DNA of 64,000 nucleotides from the human T2T-CHM13v2.0 reference genome, Homo sapiens: NCBI RefSeq assembly GCF_009914755.1, contig NC_060938.1; one strand, given 5' to 3'. Position numbers and translations under genes: made by a program. Positions within the stretch are counted from its first letter, which is position 1; every line of letters begins with the position of its first letter. Below are positions 11,320 to 25,300 of the stretch, piece after piece. The notes below the pieces were generated by a model that was not told the DNA's origin, made no database searches, and was given only the letters and a program-made list of their open reading frames with translations.

Positions 11320-14300
11320 GGTCTCAGAGCCAGTAATTCTTTGCCAAGGCCAATGCAGAGAAGAGTATTCCTAGGTTGTCTTCCTAGCTTTTTGTAGTTT
11401 GAAGTCTTAGTTAAAGCTATAATCCATTTTGAGTTAATTTTCTTTTTCATATGGTGATAGTCACGAGTCAAGTTCCCATCTTCTGCATATGGCTAGCAAG
11501 TTATCCCAGCACCATTTATTGACTAGGTTGTCTTTTCCCCATTGCTTGTTTATTTTTTTCAGGGTTGTCAAAAAACAGATGGTTGTGGGTGTGCAGCTTT
11601 ATTTCTGAGTTTTCTATTCTATTTCATTTGTCTATGTGTTTATTCTTGTACAAGTACCAAACAGTTTTTGTTACTGTGGCTTTATAGTAGAGTTTGAAGT
11701 CAAATAGTGTGATGTCCCTGGCATTGTTCTTTTGGCTGAGGATTACTTTGGCTGTTTTTGTTCTTTTTTGGTTACATACAAATTTTAGAATACTTTTCTT
11801 ATATTTCTAGAAGAATAAAACTGGTATTTTGATAATAACATTGAATCGATAAATATTGAAGGATAATATTGCCATTTTTGCAATATTATTTCTCCCATTC
11901 CATGAGCATGGAATTTTTTTTTCAATTTATTTGTTTACTTTCTGATTTCTTTCTGCAGTGTTTTGTAGTTCTTTTTTTTTTTTTGCTAAAGACTAGTTTA
12001 CAAAATACTTTATTGAATCATCTTATTTTGGTTTGCAGTTTAGAGCAAGTTACTTAGATAAAATATATGTTCTCTACCTACTCAAGAGACATTAAGGATT
12101 TTCGTTGTAATTGTTTTTTTTAATTATACTTTAAGTTTTAGGGTACATGTGCACAATGTGCAGGTTTGTTACATATGTATACATGTGCCATGTTGGTCTG
12201 CTGCACCCATTAACTCATCATTTAGCATTACGTGTATCTCCTAATGCTATCCCTCCCTCCTCCCCCCACCCCACAACAGGCCCCGGTGTGTGATGTTCCC
12301 CTTCCTGTGTCCATGTGTTCTCATTGTTCAATTCTCACCTATGAGTGAGAATATGCGGTGTTTGGTTTTTTGTCCTTGCGATAGTTTGCTGAGAATGATG
12401 GTTTCCAGCTTCATCCATGTCCCTACAAAGGACATGAACTCATCATTTTTTATGGCTGCATAGTATTCCATGGTGTATATGTGCCACATTTTCTTAATCC
12501 AGTCTATCATTGTTGGACATCTGAGTTGGTTCCAAGTCTTTGCTATTGTGAATAGTGCCACAATAAACATACGTGTGCATGTGTTTTTATAGCAGCATGG
12601 TTTATAATCCTTTTGGTATATACCCAGTAATGGAATGGCTGGGTCAAATGGTATTTCTAGTTCTAGATCCCTGAGAAATTGCCATACTGACTTCCACAAT
12701 GTTTGAACTAGTTTACAGTCCCACCAACAGTGTAAAAGTGTTCCTATTTCTCCACATCCTCTCCAGCACCTGTTGTTACCTGTTGTTTCCAAGGCTACAG
12801 TAACCAAAACAGCATGGTACTGGTACCAAACCAGAGATATAGACCAATGGAACAGAACAGAGCCCTCAGAAATAATGCCACATATCTACAACTATCTGAT
12901 CTTTGACAAACCTGACAAAAACAAGAAATGGGGAAAGGATTCCCTATTTAATAAATGGTGCTGGGAAAACTGGCTAGCCATATGTAGAAAGCTGAAACTG
13001 GATCTCTTCCTTACACCTTATAGAAAAATTAATTCAAGATGGATTAAAAACTTAAATGTTAGACCTAAAACCATAGAAACCCTAGAAGAAAATCTAGGCA
13101 ATACCATTCAGGACATAAGCATGGGCAAGGACTTCATGTCTAAAACACCAAAAGCAATGGCAACACAAGCCAAAATTGACAAATGGGATCTAATTAAACT
13201 AAAGAGCTTCTGCACAGCAAAAGAAACTACCAACAGAGTGAACAAGCAACCTAACGAATGGGAGAAAATGTTTGCAATCTACTCATCTGACAAAGGGCTA
13301 ATGTCCAGAATCTACAATGAACTCAAACAAATTTACAAGAAAAAAACAAACAACCCCATCAAAAAGTGGGTGAAGGATATGAACAGACACTTCTCGAAAG
13401 AAGACATTTATGCAGTCAACAGACACATGAAAAACTGCTCATCATCACTCGCCATCAGAGAAATGCAAATCAAAACCACAATGAGATACCATCTCACACC
13501 AGCTAGAATGGCGATCATTAAAAAGTCAGGAAACAACATGTGCTGGAGAGGTTGTAGTTCTTCTTGTAGAGATCTTTCACCTCCTTGGTTAGCTGTATTC
13601 CTAGGTATTTCTTTTTTTGTAGATGTTGTAAGTGGGATCGTGTCATTTATTTTTCTCTATGCCTGGATGTCGTTGGTGTATAAAAAAGCTACTGATTTTC
13701 GTATATTTATTCTGTATCCTGAAACATTACTAAAGTTGTTTATCAATTCTAGGATTCTTTTGGCAGAGTCTATAGAATTTTCTATGCATAGGATCCTATC
13801 AACAGCAAAAATAGATAGTTTGAATTCTTATTTACTTGTGGGGATGCCTTTTATTTCTTTCTCTTGTTTGATTTCTCTGGCTAGAACATCCACTACTATG
13901 TTGAATAGGAGTGGTGAGAGTGGGTATTCTTGTTTTGTTCCAGTTATGAAGGGGAATGATTTGAGCTTTTGTTGATTCAGTATGGTGTCAGTTGTGGGTT
14001 TGTCATACATGGCTCTTATCATTTTAAGCTAAGTTTCTTTGATGTCTAGTCTGTTGAAGGTTTTTATCATGAAGAATGTTGAATCTTATTGAAAGTTTCT
14101 CTGGATCTATTGAGATAATTATATAGTTTTTGCTTTTGATTCTGCTTATGTGGTGGAGCACCTTTATTGATTTGTGTATGTTGAACTAGCCTTGCATGAA
14201 AGGAGTAAAATCTACTGGATCATAATGTAATAACTTTTTAATGTGCTGCTATATTCAATTTCCTAGTATTTTCTTGAAGATTTTTAGGTCTATCATCAGG

Positions 14301-14350
14301 AATATTGGTCTAAGATTTTCCTCTTTTGTGTATCTCCCAGATTTTTTGTT
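11320..14350 (-). mobile_element. Old L1 ORF2 fragment, split by the L1PA insertion at 11974-13551
   Basis: Sequence continues across the TTGTAGTTCTT duplication; ORF 13828-14022 has [27 protein letters not shown]. Confidence 0.8.
11974..13551 (-). mobile_element. L1PA insertion with 5' inversion and 3' transduction
   Basis: TSD TTGTAGTTCTT at 11963-11973 and 13552-13562; antisense 3' end 12114-12790; sense ORF2 piece 12790-13551; non-L1 tag 11985-12113. Confidence 0.9.
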
Positions 14351-15625
14351 CCAAGGACACACAATAAGGAAAAGATTGCCTTTTTAACAAATGGTGTAAA
14401 AACTGAGCATCCATATGCAGAAAAAAATGAGACCTCATCTCATCTCATATACAAAAATCACCTAAAAATGTACTCAAGGCTTGGATATAATATGATATCT
14501 AAAATTGTAAACTCATAGAAGAAAACAGGGAAAAAAGAAGCTTTCCAGAGTTGATCTGGAAAATGATTTATTTGGATTCGACACCAAAATCATAGACAAA
14601 TAAATTACTTGAAGCTATATATCTGACAAAGGGATCTATCTAAATGTGTAAAGAACCCATACAATAGCAAAAAAAACCCCTGATTTTTAAGAGGGCAAAA
14701 CTGTACATAGACATTGTATTCAAGGGAAGACATATGCATGGCCAGCAGGACATGGAAAGGTGTTCCACATTGCTAATCATCAGGGGAATCCAAATCAAAA
14801 CCACAATGAGATATCACCTCACGTTCATTACCATGACTATTATCACAGACACAAAAGATAACAAAATGCTGACAGTTAGCTGGTGAAAAGAGAATTATTC
14901 AGTGGAGTGGTAGTAAAAGTTATTTTATAAATTGAAAGTAAAACTATTACGTGATCTGGTGATCCCACTTCTGGCTGCGTATTCAAAGGAAATAAAATCA
15001 GTAAGTAAAAAATATGTTTATTACAAGATTATTCATAATGGCCTAGAATTTTTTTAAAGTTAGTGACCGTAGGTAAATGGGTGTATAAAGCAAATGTATA
15101 CACATACAATGGAATATTATGTGACCTCTAAAAATAAGGAAATTATAACATTTCCAACAACATGGATGGGCCTGGAGAACATTATGCTAAGTGGAATAAG
15201 CCAGACACAGAAAGACAAATGCTGCATTATCTCATTTATATGGGGAATCTAAAATATTCAAATTCTTAGAAGCAGAGAGTAGAAAAGTGGTTCCCAGGGC
15301 TGGGAGGAGTGGAAATAGAATGATTCTTGTCAAGGGCATAAAGTTTCAGTTGTGCAGGTTGAATGGGTTCTGGAGGTCTAATGTAAAGCAATGGGACTAT
15401 AGCTATCAACACTGTATTGCAAACTTGATCTCTGGTAAAGGGATAGATCTCAGGTGCTCTCATTGGACACACACATATAAATTAAAGGAAGAAAATGGCA
15501 AATGTAGGGTAACAGACATGCTAACTCCTTGGTCATAGTGAAAATTTCACAATTTATACCAAAATATCAAGTGGTGCACCTCAAATATATACAATTTTAT
15601 TGTCAATTATAGTTCCATAAAGCTG
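14351..15625 (+). mobile_element. Old L1M 3' end, paralogue of 2376-3400
   Basis: Same strand-switch junction and 3' UTR motifs as the copy downstream of IGHV3-72. Confidence 0.75.
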
Positions 15626-17908
15626 AACAAATGAAGTTTACTTTTATGATGAAGAAATGGATATTTCCACATACTTTCTCAATAAAAATGAGAAAAGGTA
15701 AATAGAAAAACAAAAAATATGTGCAGCAGCTTTGCTTATGATGTTAATAAACCAGAAACAAATTAAAAGTGCATTGACAGGGAAATGGATCAGCTTACTG
15801 TCGTTTATTGTTAAATGCACTGACTCAAGTATAAAATTTCTCCCTCTCTCTCTCTCCCTCTCTCTTTATCCATATATATCAAAACTTTGAGATTTTATAT
15901 CAGAGGCAGTCTGTTAAGTGAATAAATGACAATATACAGATGCAATTTTACATATGAAATAGCATAAATAAACGTCAAAAATAACAAAAGTAGCCCCTTA
16001 CCAGAAAAGGGGTCTATAATGTTTGAATCCATTTATATGAAAATCAAAACATGAACAGTGAATCTACAGTGGCAGAAATCAAAACATTGTGTTAAATGTG
16101 GGAGCTGACTGGAAGCACAGAGAAGGTCGCTTGTGCTGGGGGAATGGGCCTCCTCTACATCCAACCTTGGCTGTTGGGGACAAGTGTGTTTACATTTGCC
16201 AGAAATCCTGTAATGGTACATTGCAGATCTATGCATTATTACTTATATTGAAATTACATCTCATGAAAATAAAAAATTAAAAAAATTATGTAAGAAAGTT
16301 TCAAATTCAATAAACAATGCAAATAATAAAATCATACTGAAAATGTGAACAATATAATATGAATTAATAAAATATACTAAACGATACCTGCTAGAATTAA
16401 ATCCCAGAAATCAGAAAGATAAGGGTGACATCTGATAATAATAAGTTAATAAACACGTGTTTCATAGAGAAAACAAACTGGTCAAAAATATGTGGAATAT
16501 GTATTTTGTTATTATCAAAAGTCGTTAAATAATTGAGATAATATTTTAACCTGTGTTATTAGTATTAATTATAGATATCATGTGTAAAATAATAACTGAG
16601 AACAACCTTTAGGGAAATAAGGATATTTGAGAGCACGTGTACGAAGTTAAATATAGTCTCAATGTTTTTCCAGATATTACTGCTGAAATTTCAAATTTTA
16701 TCCTGGATTTCTAACAGAATCCTTACAGGCCCTTGGACAAATTAATTGTCAGAAACGACTTAGAAAAACAATCTCTAATATAGAGATATTGGTATCTCAT
16801 TTCATAAAGAAATTTAAACTGTGTAATACATGTAAAGTCCTCAGAAGAAACCTTAGTACGTTGGAAAGGACTTACTCATAGTAGGTTGTGATGTTTATTG
16901 CTAAAATTATTACCTTGATTTTTGGGGGGAAAATTAAAGCAAAGCGTGATGAATTAAAGTGTGATGTTGCTTGTTTGGTACAACAAGGGGGTGAGGATAA
17001 TGAAGAGCCCTGCGATCCCGAGGAGATGGCCTAATCCAAGGAGAGGGAGGCTCCAGGTCGTGTGGACTCTCACAGGGTGCCTGCTTCTGGCCTTCATGGA
17101 GCCCGTCTCAGAAGCCTGCGGGAGGCAGGCGTATGGATGGGTTTATCAGGACAATCCAATCAGCCATGGACAGGGGAAAAAAAGATTATGACCCAGGATG
17201 GATTAAATAACTGTCTTGAAAATTGACAAATTACGACTGTATCTATTTATGAGGTACAAAGCAATGTTTTGATATATTAATACAATATGGAATAATTAAA
17301 TATAACTAATTAGCATATTAATCACCTCAAAATCTTTTCATTATTAGCATCAAGGCCATTTGAAATGTATCGTAGCTATTTTGAAATGACCAATATATTA
17401 TGTTTCAGTAAAGAAATAGATATTAATTAATATAAACAATATAAAATTATTGAAATCAATTATGCATTACTCTGATAATTTATATTTAGTTCATCAGTAA
17501 GTTTGATCGTTTAGGATATATTTTAAAAATTATCTTATTATAATGTTAAATATAAGTCACTATACATTTATGCACAGGTTTGTGGCATTTAGACCTACGT
17601 CTACAGGTGTAAATTTATGCTCTCATAGCTATGTAGTTGCTCATAGCAATAGATGTTAATGAAACTCTGGAAGAATAACTGCAAATGAAAGTAAACAGTT
17701 TTAAAAAATAACACTACATAAAAGGTTTAAAATTATTAAAACTTAAATACCAATGATAATAAATACATACTAATAACTGTATGAAAATGTAGCAACCTGT
17801 AAGACTCCAGAGTTCTGAAAACACAAACCTGACTTCTCCAGCTGAGGAGAAAGAAAACCTACCGCTGCACCTGTTCCTGGGACCTGTCCCGCCCTCAGTG
17901 AGTCCCGA

Positions 17909-17924
17909 GCGCCCCCTGGTAGCC
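17909..17924 (-). promoter_or_regulatory. CTCF motif downstream of the IGHV3-73 RSS
   Basis: gcgccccctggtagcc reads GGCTACCAGGGGGCGC on -. Confidence 0.75.
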
Positions 17925-17943
17925 CCGCGCGCCCCTGCAGGGA

Positions 17944-17982
17944 GGTTTGTGTCCGGGCTCACACTGACCTCCCCTCACTGTG
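17944..17982 (-). other. 23-RSS of IGHV3-73 (CACAGTG - 23 bp - ACACAAACC)
   Basis: Consensus heptamer 17976-17982, nonamer 17944-17952. Confidence 0.95.
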
Positions 17983-18444
17983 TGTCTAGTACAGTAATAC
18001 ACGGCCGTGTCCTCGGTTTTCAGGCTGTTCATTTGCAGATACGCCGTGTTCTTTGAATCATCTCTGGAGATGGTGAACCTGCCTTTCACCGACGCAGCAT
18101 ATGCTGTCGCGTAACTGTTAGCTTTGCTTCTAATACGGCCAACCCACTCCAGCCCTTTCCCGGAAGCCTGGCGGACCCAGTGCATAGCAGAGCCACTGAA
18201 GGTGAACCCAGAGGCTGCACAGGAGAGTTTCAGGGACCCCCCAGGCTGGACCAAGCCTCCCCCGGACTCCACCAGCTGCACCTCACACTGGACACCTGCA
18301 AACACAGAGACACCCTGGTCAGAAAGTGCCACACACGTCCACTGTTTCTCTCACTCATGTCCACTCACACTCAGTATCTCTAGTTCCCCATGAATCACCT
18401 TTTAAAATAGCAACAAGGAAAACCCAGCTCAGCCCAAACTCCAT
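17983..18444 (-). CDS. IGHV3-73: Ig heavy variable segment, intact (leader exon 18444-18399, V exon 18295-17983)
   Basis: [16 protein letters not shown]|[25 protein letters not shown]...[14 protein letters not shown]...[19 protein letters not shown]...YYCTR. Confidence 0.97.
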
Positions 18445-18571
18445 GGTGAGTCTCCTGTATTCAGTGCCGATCACCGAGTGGAGACAGCTGGGAATCCCAA
18501 GGCTGGAGCTCCTCTCCCAGAGCTGCAGGGTCAGGGCTGGGCTGCTTTTCATCAGCAAAAAGGGGGGTCTT

Positions 18572-18579
18572 ATTTGCAT
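18572..18579 (-). promoter_or_regulatory. VH promoter octamer ATGCAAAT
   Basis: atttgcat ~130 bp upstream of the ATG. Confidence 0.9.
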
Positions 18580-19149
18580 GTCTTCTGCTACATAGCAAGG
18601 TCTGGGCTGGGACGCCTGACGAGAAGGCTGTGCACAGAGTAGATGAGGGTGTCCTGGGGGGTGATTGGTAGTAATCCTATCATTCAGGAAAATTTAATTT
18701 CATATTATGTGATTGTGTCTTGATATTCATTTAGGAGTAATCATCTTATTGCATTTTTTACATATTTGCACACTGTATTTCCCCTTATATTTTCTGAAGT
18801 CCCTTGGCTTGTCTGTTTGAGTGATGTCTCTTTCCTCGACACTGTGAAGGGTATGATGTCATCGTTCACAGGTGCAGTCCTGGATGTACACGCAGTTTCC
18901 ACGGAAATGCTGTCATTTGGCAGTGTTGCCTTCGACAGCCTAATTACCTGATTGTTCTACTTGACCATTTGTGTCTCTTAACAAACCATGTAGATGTTAC
19001 ACTGTGCTCATTTCTGACATGTGACACTGTTTTGTAGCATAAATCGTTCAACAATCTGGTGCAATTAAATTTGGGCTTCTTTCCGGGGACCATTTTTGAG
19101 GATTGTTCTGACCCCAAAATAGCACTGATTTTTTTCAAGAAATTAAGTC

Positions 19150-19252
19150 TAGCTATGTTTCCAGGCTGCGCTTGAAATCCTGGGCTCAAGTGATCCTCTC
19201 ACCTCAAACTCCCAAGTAAATTCAACTGCAGGCAGAGCCACAGTGCCCAGCT
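19150..19252 (-). mobile_element. Alu left-monomer / FLAM fragment
   Basis: tcctgggctcaagtgatcctctcacctc...gagccacagtgcccagc. Confidence 0.7.
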
Positions 19253-19934
19253 GGTTATTCTTAAATTATAGGTTTTCTAATTCTCTCTGTTAAAATGAGT
19301 GGACTATTGATTTCTATATTGCTGTCATGGAGCTGTCAGGTTTCTATTAATTACTTACCATGAAAACCACTAACATTTTAGATGAACTTTAGGGTTGAAA
19401 CTATTCTCATTCTACTGCAAATCTGGTCACGCCCTTTAGAGAGAGCTTTCTATCACTGTTTTTATGCCCTGACTGTATCACTAGAAAAACATGCCAGTCT
19501 CTACCTTGGTGCAGAAGAAAGGGTTCAAGCAGCTCAGAAGGACACTCCTGCTTTAAGTACAGAAAACTGCATGGAAGTGATGGACTTGTATGATCTCACT
19601 GTTCCTCTCCCAGGAAGCTCCCAGAACCTCTGCCCTACAAGTGAGCTGGGGTGAGAATAATCGGGGTCCACCTGTTCTTGGTCTATAACACCTGACATGG
19701 AAACTATGTCTTGTGAGTGAGGCTGGGAGGAGAAAGGCATCCATCAAATCACAGGCAGGAATTTAGTCTCCACCATAAAGATCTGACATCATGACCTCAA
19801 CTGAGATCTGGGGGAGAGGGAAGCACCACCTTCTTGTCAGTTCAGCCCAAGGTCAAGATTCTGTGATCCTGAGATGTAAAGAAGAGGTAATGCTCTTCTC
19901 TCAAGTATTGTGATCCTCACTGCACTTGCTAAGA

Positions 19935-20285
19935 CTGTTTGAGTTGCTATAAGAGGATATCATGGACTGGGTGGCTCAGAAATAACATAAATGCATTTGT
20001 CCCAATTTTCAAGGCTGGGAAGTTCAAGATAAAGATGACTTAAAGATTGGTATCTGGTGATGTCCCAATTCTTTATTTATAGATTGCCACCTTCCTACTG
20101 TGACCACACCTGGTGGAAGGAAAGAGGGAGCTCTCTGGGGTATTGTATCAGGACGCTGATTCCATTCATGAAACGGAGCCTCAACACCTTTCAAAGGAGA
20201 CCAAAGGCCCCACCTCCTGCCACCGTCACGATGGAGTTGAGATTCCAACATATGCCTTGTGGGGGGTCATAACCCTTCAGTCAAC
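19935..20285. mobile_element. MLT1-type MaLR LTR
   Basis: ggactgggtggctcagaaataacataaatg...ggctgggaagttcaagat...ccaaaggccccacctcct; boundaries approximate. Confidence 0.6.
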
Positions 20286-21194
20286 AGGAGGACTTTATGT
20301 CAGTCAATGGATTTCATTTACTGTGTGTTCTCAGAATAATTTTCCTTGATAGTACAGGTTGGGTTTCTATAATTTTTACCAGATTAGGTTGTCTCTTTGG
20401 AAATCTTGAAGTTTCTCACACCATCACACTGGTAATGAGATAACTCTATTTATATTCGTGATTGAAGCTTCCTCATTAGGGCCATAAGCATTTGGAATGT
20501 TCTTCTCTTAAATCATTTGCCGTGATGGAATAAACTTGTCCCCCCTCATCAGTATTATCATTTGTTCAGAAATACACTTTTTATATTTTAATATTGCAAA
20601 TCCACCTTTCCTTTATCTTTCTTTAACATGGTGTCTTTCTTTATGTTTTAAAATTTGTAACTGATTATGTTTAAATTTTAGGGTAATTTTAGATTTTAAG
20701 GCAAGCCCCCTAGAGTAAGGTGTGTTCTCATGTACAACTTTCCAGGGTTCCCATACACTGATCCACACTCTACCAAGGCTGGGTCTCTCTCCGGCCATCT
20801 ACGGGGCTCACTCTCTGAACAGTGTTCTGCTATCCACTGTCTAGTCTGTGATCTCCACACTTCTTGGCCTGTCTGGGATCTCAGCTCCTTTTCCTCAACT
20901 TCAAATCTACCTGGTTCCTCTTCAGCACTGTGGCCTGGAAACTCTCTTTAAAAAGTAGCAAAGCATGCGTTCATCAGAGGGCTCCTTTTGTATATTTTCC
21001 CCACCTCAGCAATCACTGTCCTTGTTATTTGATGTAAAATACCTTAAAATCATGTTTAAAAAATTTCACTGTGTTTTACAGTTATTTCTGGTGGAAAGAT
21101 ACATCTGGTCTCTGTTGTTAAAACTTTTTTGAAATGATCATCTTGAACATAAATATTAGAGTCAATTTTATAATGTTCACCAAGATTTATCTTG

Positions 21195-21197
<3 letters not shown>

Positions 21198-21234
<37 letters not shown>
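21198..21234. repeat. (TA)n microsatellite
   Basis: About 18 uninterrupted TA units. Confidence 0.95.
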
Positions 21235-21240
<6 letters not shown>

Positions 21241-21994
21241 CTCAATTCCAGGAGACATCCCTGTAGGGATACATTATAAAGCTTATATATTTACATATTT
21301 GGTAGACTTAATATTATATCTAATTTTTAAAATAGTCAAAATACCTATATTTGTCACACAAGAAAGCACAAGTTCTACGATGCCCTAATAGAAAAACTTA
21401 TTTGTCTTTCTATGGGTTCTTCCCAAGGAAATAGAGGGAGACATCTTAGGACACTGATCCAGGGGTGACTTCAGAGACCCTGCCCAGAATATGACCCAGG
21501 AGGGATGTGAGAGATTTCCATCTCTGTGATTGGCATTCTGTCTCCTTCACAGGAAAATCTGGGATCTTCCTCCATCCCTGGGGTGGACTACTTCACCATT
21601 CTAGACACTGAGGGACAGACAGGGTGTGGCAGGTCACAGACATCAAAGGCCACAGTGTGGATGAGGATCGAGGTGCTAACTTGCCCCAGTGATAATAGAG
21701 ATCCCCATGGGGCAAAGTCCCAGCAGATGATCCCAACCATGTGGGGATATGTGTGCCTGTCTGAGAGAAGCATCCACATGGGGACAGTGTGTGCCTGTCT
21801 GAGAATGAAGGCTCATTCATGAAGGTGTCTACCTAGACTGAGATTGTGTTTGGGGAAAATTTTTCTCACTCAGGAGATGAGAAACTTGAGTGATTTGTTT
21901 TTGGAAAAGAAAAATAGATCATGTAGAAACCCCATGTAGGAAGAGTCACTGGATAATATTTGTCAAAACACAGTTCATTTAGAAGGAATTTCCT

Positions 21995-22317
21995 GTTCAT
22001 GTCCTTTGCAGGGACATTGATGAAGCTGGAAACCATCATTCTCAGCAAACTAACACAGGAACAGAAAACCAAACACTGCATGTTCTCACTCATAAGTGGG
22101 AGTTGAAGAATGAGAACACATGGACACAGGGAGGGGAACATCACACACTGGGGCCTGTTGGGGGGTGGGGGGCTAGGGGAGGGATAGCATTAGGAGTAAT
22201 ACCTAATGTCGATGACGGGTTGATGAGTGCAGCAAACCACCATGGCACTTGTATACCTATGTAACAAACATGCACATTCTGCACATGTACCCCAGAACTT
22301 AAAGTATGATAAAAAAG
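21995..22317 (+). mobile_element. L1PA 3' end fragment
   Basis: ttcatgtcctttgcagggacat...gcacatgtaccccagaacttaaagtat followed by an A tail. Confidence 0.88.
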
Positions 22318-25300
22318 GACATTCCTATCTAAGAAGGAAAGCAATGTCTCCTTATAGCCTAAATACTGCCATAACTTGTCCTAGGCCACTTACAACATGA
22401 ATATTGATATGCTTTATAGATTAACTGGATACCAAAGATAATGGTGCCATTTATTTTTCTGATACTTCACTAATACTTTATTATTTGAACAGTCCTCACT
22501 TAGAGACCTTTTCATTAAAATGTAATTTTTAATTGAATAAGCACTTCTACCATGAGACAAACTGTCTTCCTGGTGACTAAATATCCATCTCGATTTTGAT
22601 ATAATGCCCATGATGTTGACGATTAAGTTGGCATTCTCAGAAAAAATTGACCCAGGTTCAAGGGGCTAACTGCAAATTCATATTTATGTCTGTTTTGCTT
22701 CAAGACAAGAAGGACGTGAGTTACAGACAACCTAGTGGGTGGTCTCCTGAGGGCTCCATGCTGTGAAGGAAAAGAAGGCAACCCTAGATGGTGGTCAGAG
22801 GTTCCCTGGCTGGTTCCTCTCCGCACCTGCTCTTCCCTGGGGTTCTGCCTTGGGTGAGTTCTGAGCATCTCCTGCTGGTCCTGTGCTGCCCATGAAGTCC
22901 AGGTAAAGGAAATCTTGGAGATCTTCTTCTGAGATGCCAAGTTGTATGTCTGGTTCCTGGAAAATAGCACAGTAACGCTGGGAGCTGCACCTTGGATATC
23001 ACCCATGTGACCTGGCCTGTGTAGTGAGCTTCCTCCAAGCCCAGAGACGGGATTGGCTGGGTGGCTCTCCCTTCAGACATTACTGGAGGCAATTTTCTGC
23101 AAATCTAATTGTAGTTTCACTATACAATTCAGCAATCATGTTTTTACTAATGTACTTAACTGACTATGTCCACTCAGTGAACCACACATGGCTGTTCATT
23201 TATATTTCCCAAATACTGGGCACATTAAAAAACATCCTGAGTAGTTCAGCAAATTATAGGATTTGAATCAGGAAACTAGGTGGTAACATTTTCTATAACC
23301 AAACTTATGAACAAAAAAGATAAGAAAATGAGGTCGCAAAAATAGAGCTTGCATTATTACCTGGAATCTGGTAGTGGTAATTTACATAATGGAGCTGCAG
23401 TGAGAAAGGTTACCAGGTGACCTCATTCTGAACCCGTCTTTAGAGCTGACCAGCAATCACCAGGAGTGGGGCAGCCCATAATTCCCCCACATAGAAAGAC
23501 ACCCCAACTCAATAAAACTGCACTTGGGGTCTCTGCAGCCTCTGAGGTGTGCAGGAGCAGCTCCCACCCCAAAGTTTGCAGTCAGTCAAGTCTCCACTCT
23601 TTCCCTTGGGGCATGAGAGATAGTGTAGATGAGGTCCAGACATGCTCTACTCAAGGTCTCTGCACATGGCTAAAAAGGCAGGTGTGAAATTCATGTCCTC
23701 AATCCATGAAACAATACCCATGAAAAATGTAACTCTGTTCCAGGACATCATGCAGAATGAAGAAATAATGCAATTGTGGTAAATTTGGAAATTACAATTG
23801 TTTGTGGACTGCACATTTTTTCATATGCCTTCCAATAAATCAGGTGAAAACGTGTATTCTGTATAAAAATCCACAGTGTGTTAGCTCTGGGAATGCACCT
23901 TCCTCTCTCCACCTACAGGCAGAACAGTGCACTTGGATCATGCACCCAGCTCCTGCTCTCTGACGTCCATGACGTGGCTCATGCTAAATCCCATATCCTG
24001 TGCTCCTTTCTCAGGAATAGAGTGAGCCTTGCACTCATCTGGGGCAGAGTCATTGCTGGGAGTGATGGGGGTTTCCTGAGGGGCAACTTTGACTTGCAGG
24101 AGACTCAGTGATAATCTGGAGTTTCTTTGCACAGCACAGAAATGTAGGAAAGTTCCACCCAATCCTGCCTCCCTCTCTCCTTCACTCAGGGACAGGCTTC
24201 CATCATATGCCATCAGCTTCCCAGCCTCATTTACCCTCCATGCATTTTCCCTCAAAAGGGTGGATGCCCTCCTTCGACCAATGCATGCACACTTAATCGG
24301 CTAATGGAGATTTATGCTCAGAAGACCAATAATAATATACATATATTTGCAAAATTATTTATAACATGAGTCTGATTCTATTGTCAAATATAAAATATTA
24401 ATTAATATTAAATCAATATTGCATTGATTAATATTAGTATTAAAATATTAATCAATATAAAATATTAATCATGGTAATAATTGATTTTGTGTGTCACCTT
24501 GACTAGGACATAGTCTCAATTATTCAATCAAACACTAATCTAGGTGTTGCTCTGATGTATAATACAGGTGTTATTAAAGCCTGTCATCACTTCTCTAGGT
24601 CAGGAAGATTGTCCTAGATGAACTTGGTCGGTCTGGTTTAATCCTAGCAGAGGAGAAGACAATGGAACTCTATGGTAGACAGCAGCTGTAGGACTTCCCA
24701 GGAATTCCGTCCTGTCTTTCCTTTTGGCCAGCTCCATTGGCTCTGGCTGTGCCCACCCAGACCTCACGATTGCCATCATGCAGAGCTCACAGCCCAATAA
24801 AGTGTCCATCCTCAGCTCTCCCAAAAATCCACAAGTGAGAGTGGGGGCTCTGTGACAGGGTGAGAAGCACAAGATCAGCTCTACAACAGTATCCCATTTG
24901 AGGAAACGACTATGAGTGTCCACTTGCATTTCCCAAATGCATCCACGCATAGAAGACAGCAGGGGCATGCAGGCACCAGGGAATGAGAAAGATCCCTCAG
25001 CCTGCCAGGTCCACAGGAGCCATAGCCAGAGCCACACCTGAGTTCCAGGTAATGCATCTGAGGCCTGTGGTTTAGACCACAGGAAGCACACCCTCCATTT
25101 TCAGAATGAAGGTGAAAAGGGAAGTGTAAGAATGAAGCCTAGAGAAAAGGAAAATGGATTACAGAGAAAGGACCAAATGGGTCAGTTCTGAGTTAGATGT
25201 TCAGTTTTAAAGGACGATGGGGTTACTGTGAAAACTGTCAGGATTCTAAGGACCCTGGCCCTGGGTGAGCCTCCCTCTTGGTCCCAATCTGAATCCCAAA

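Noticed and set aside
12773-13975. 400-aa ORF, the longest in the window
   Set aside because: Chimera of the inverted L1 ORF2 piece running into antisense host L1, with a non-ATG start; not a gene.
5983-18444. IGHV3-72 and IGHV3-73 are offset by exactly 12,000 bp
   Set aside because: The intervening DNA holds independent insertions, so the round number is a coincidence.
22623-23092. 127-aa and 102-aa ORFs between IGHV3-73 and IGHV3-74
   Set aside because: No recognisable homology, Ig motifs or exon structure.
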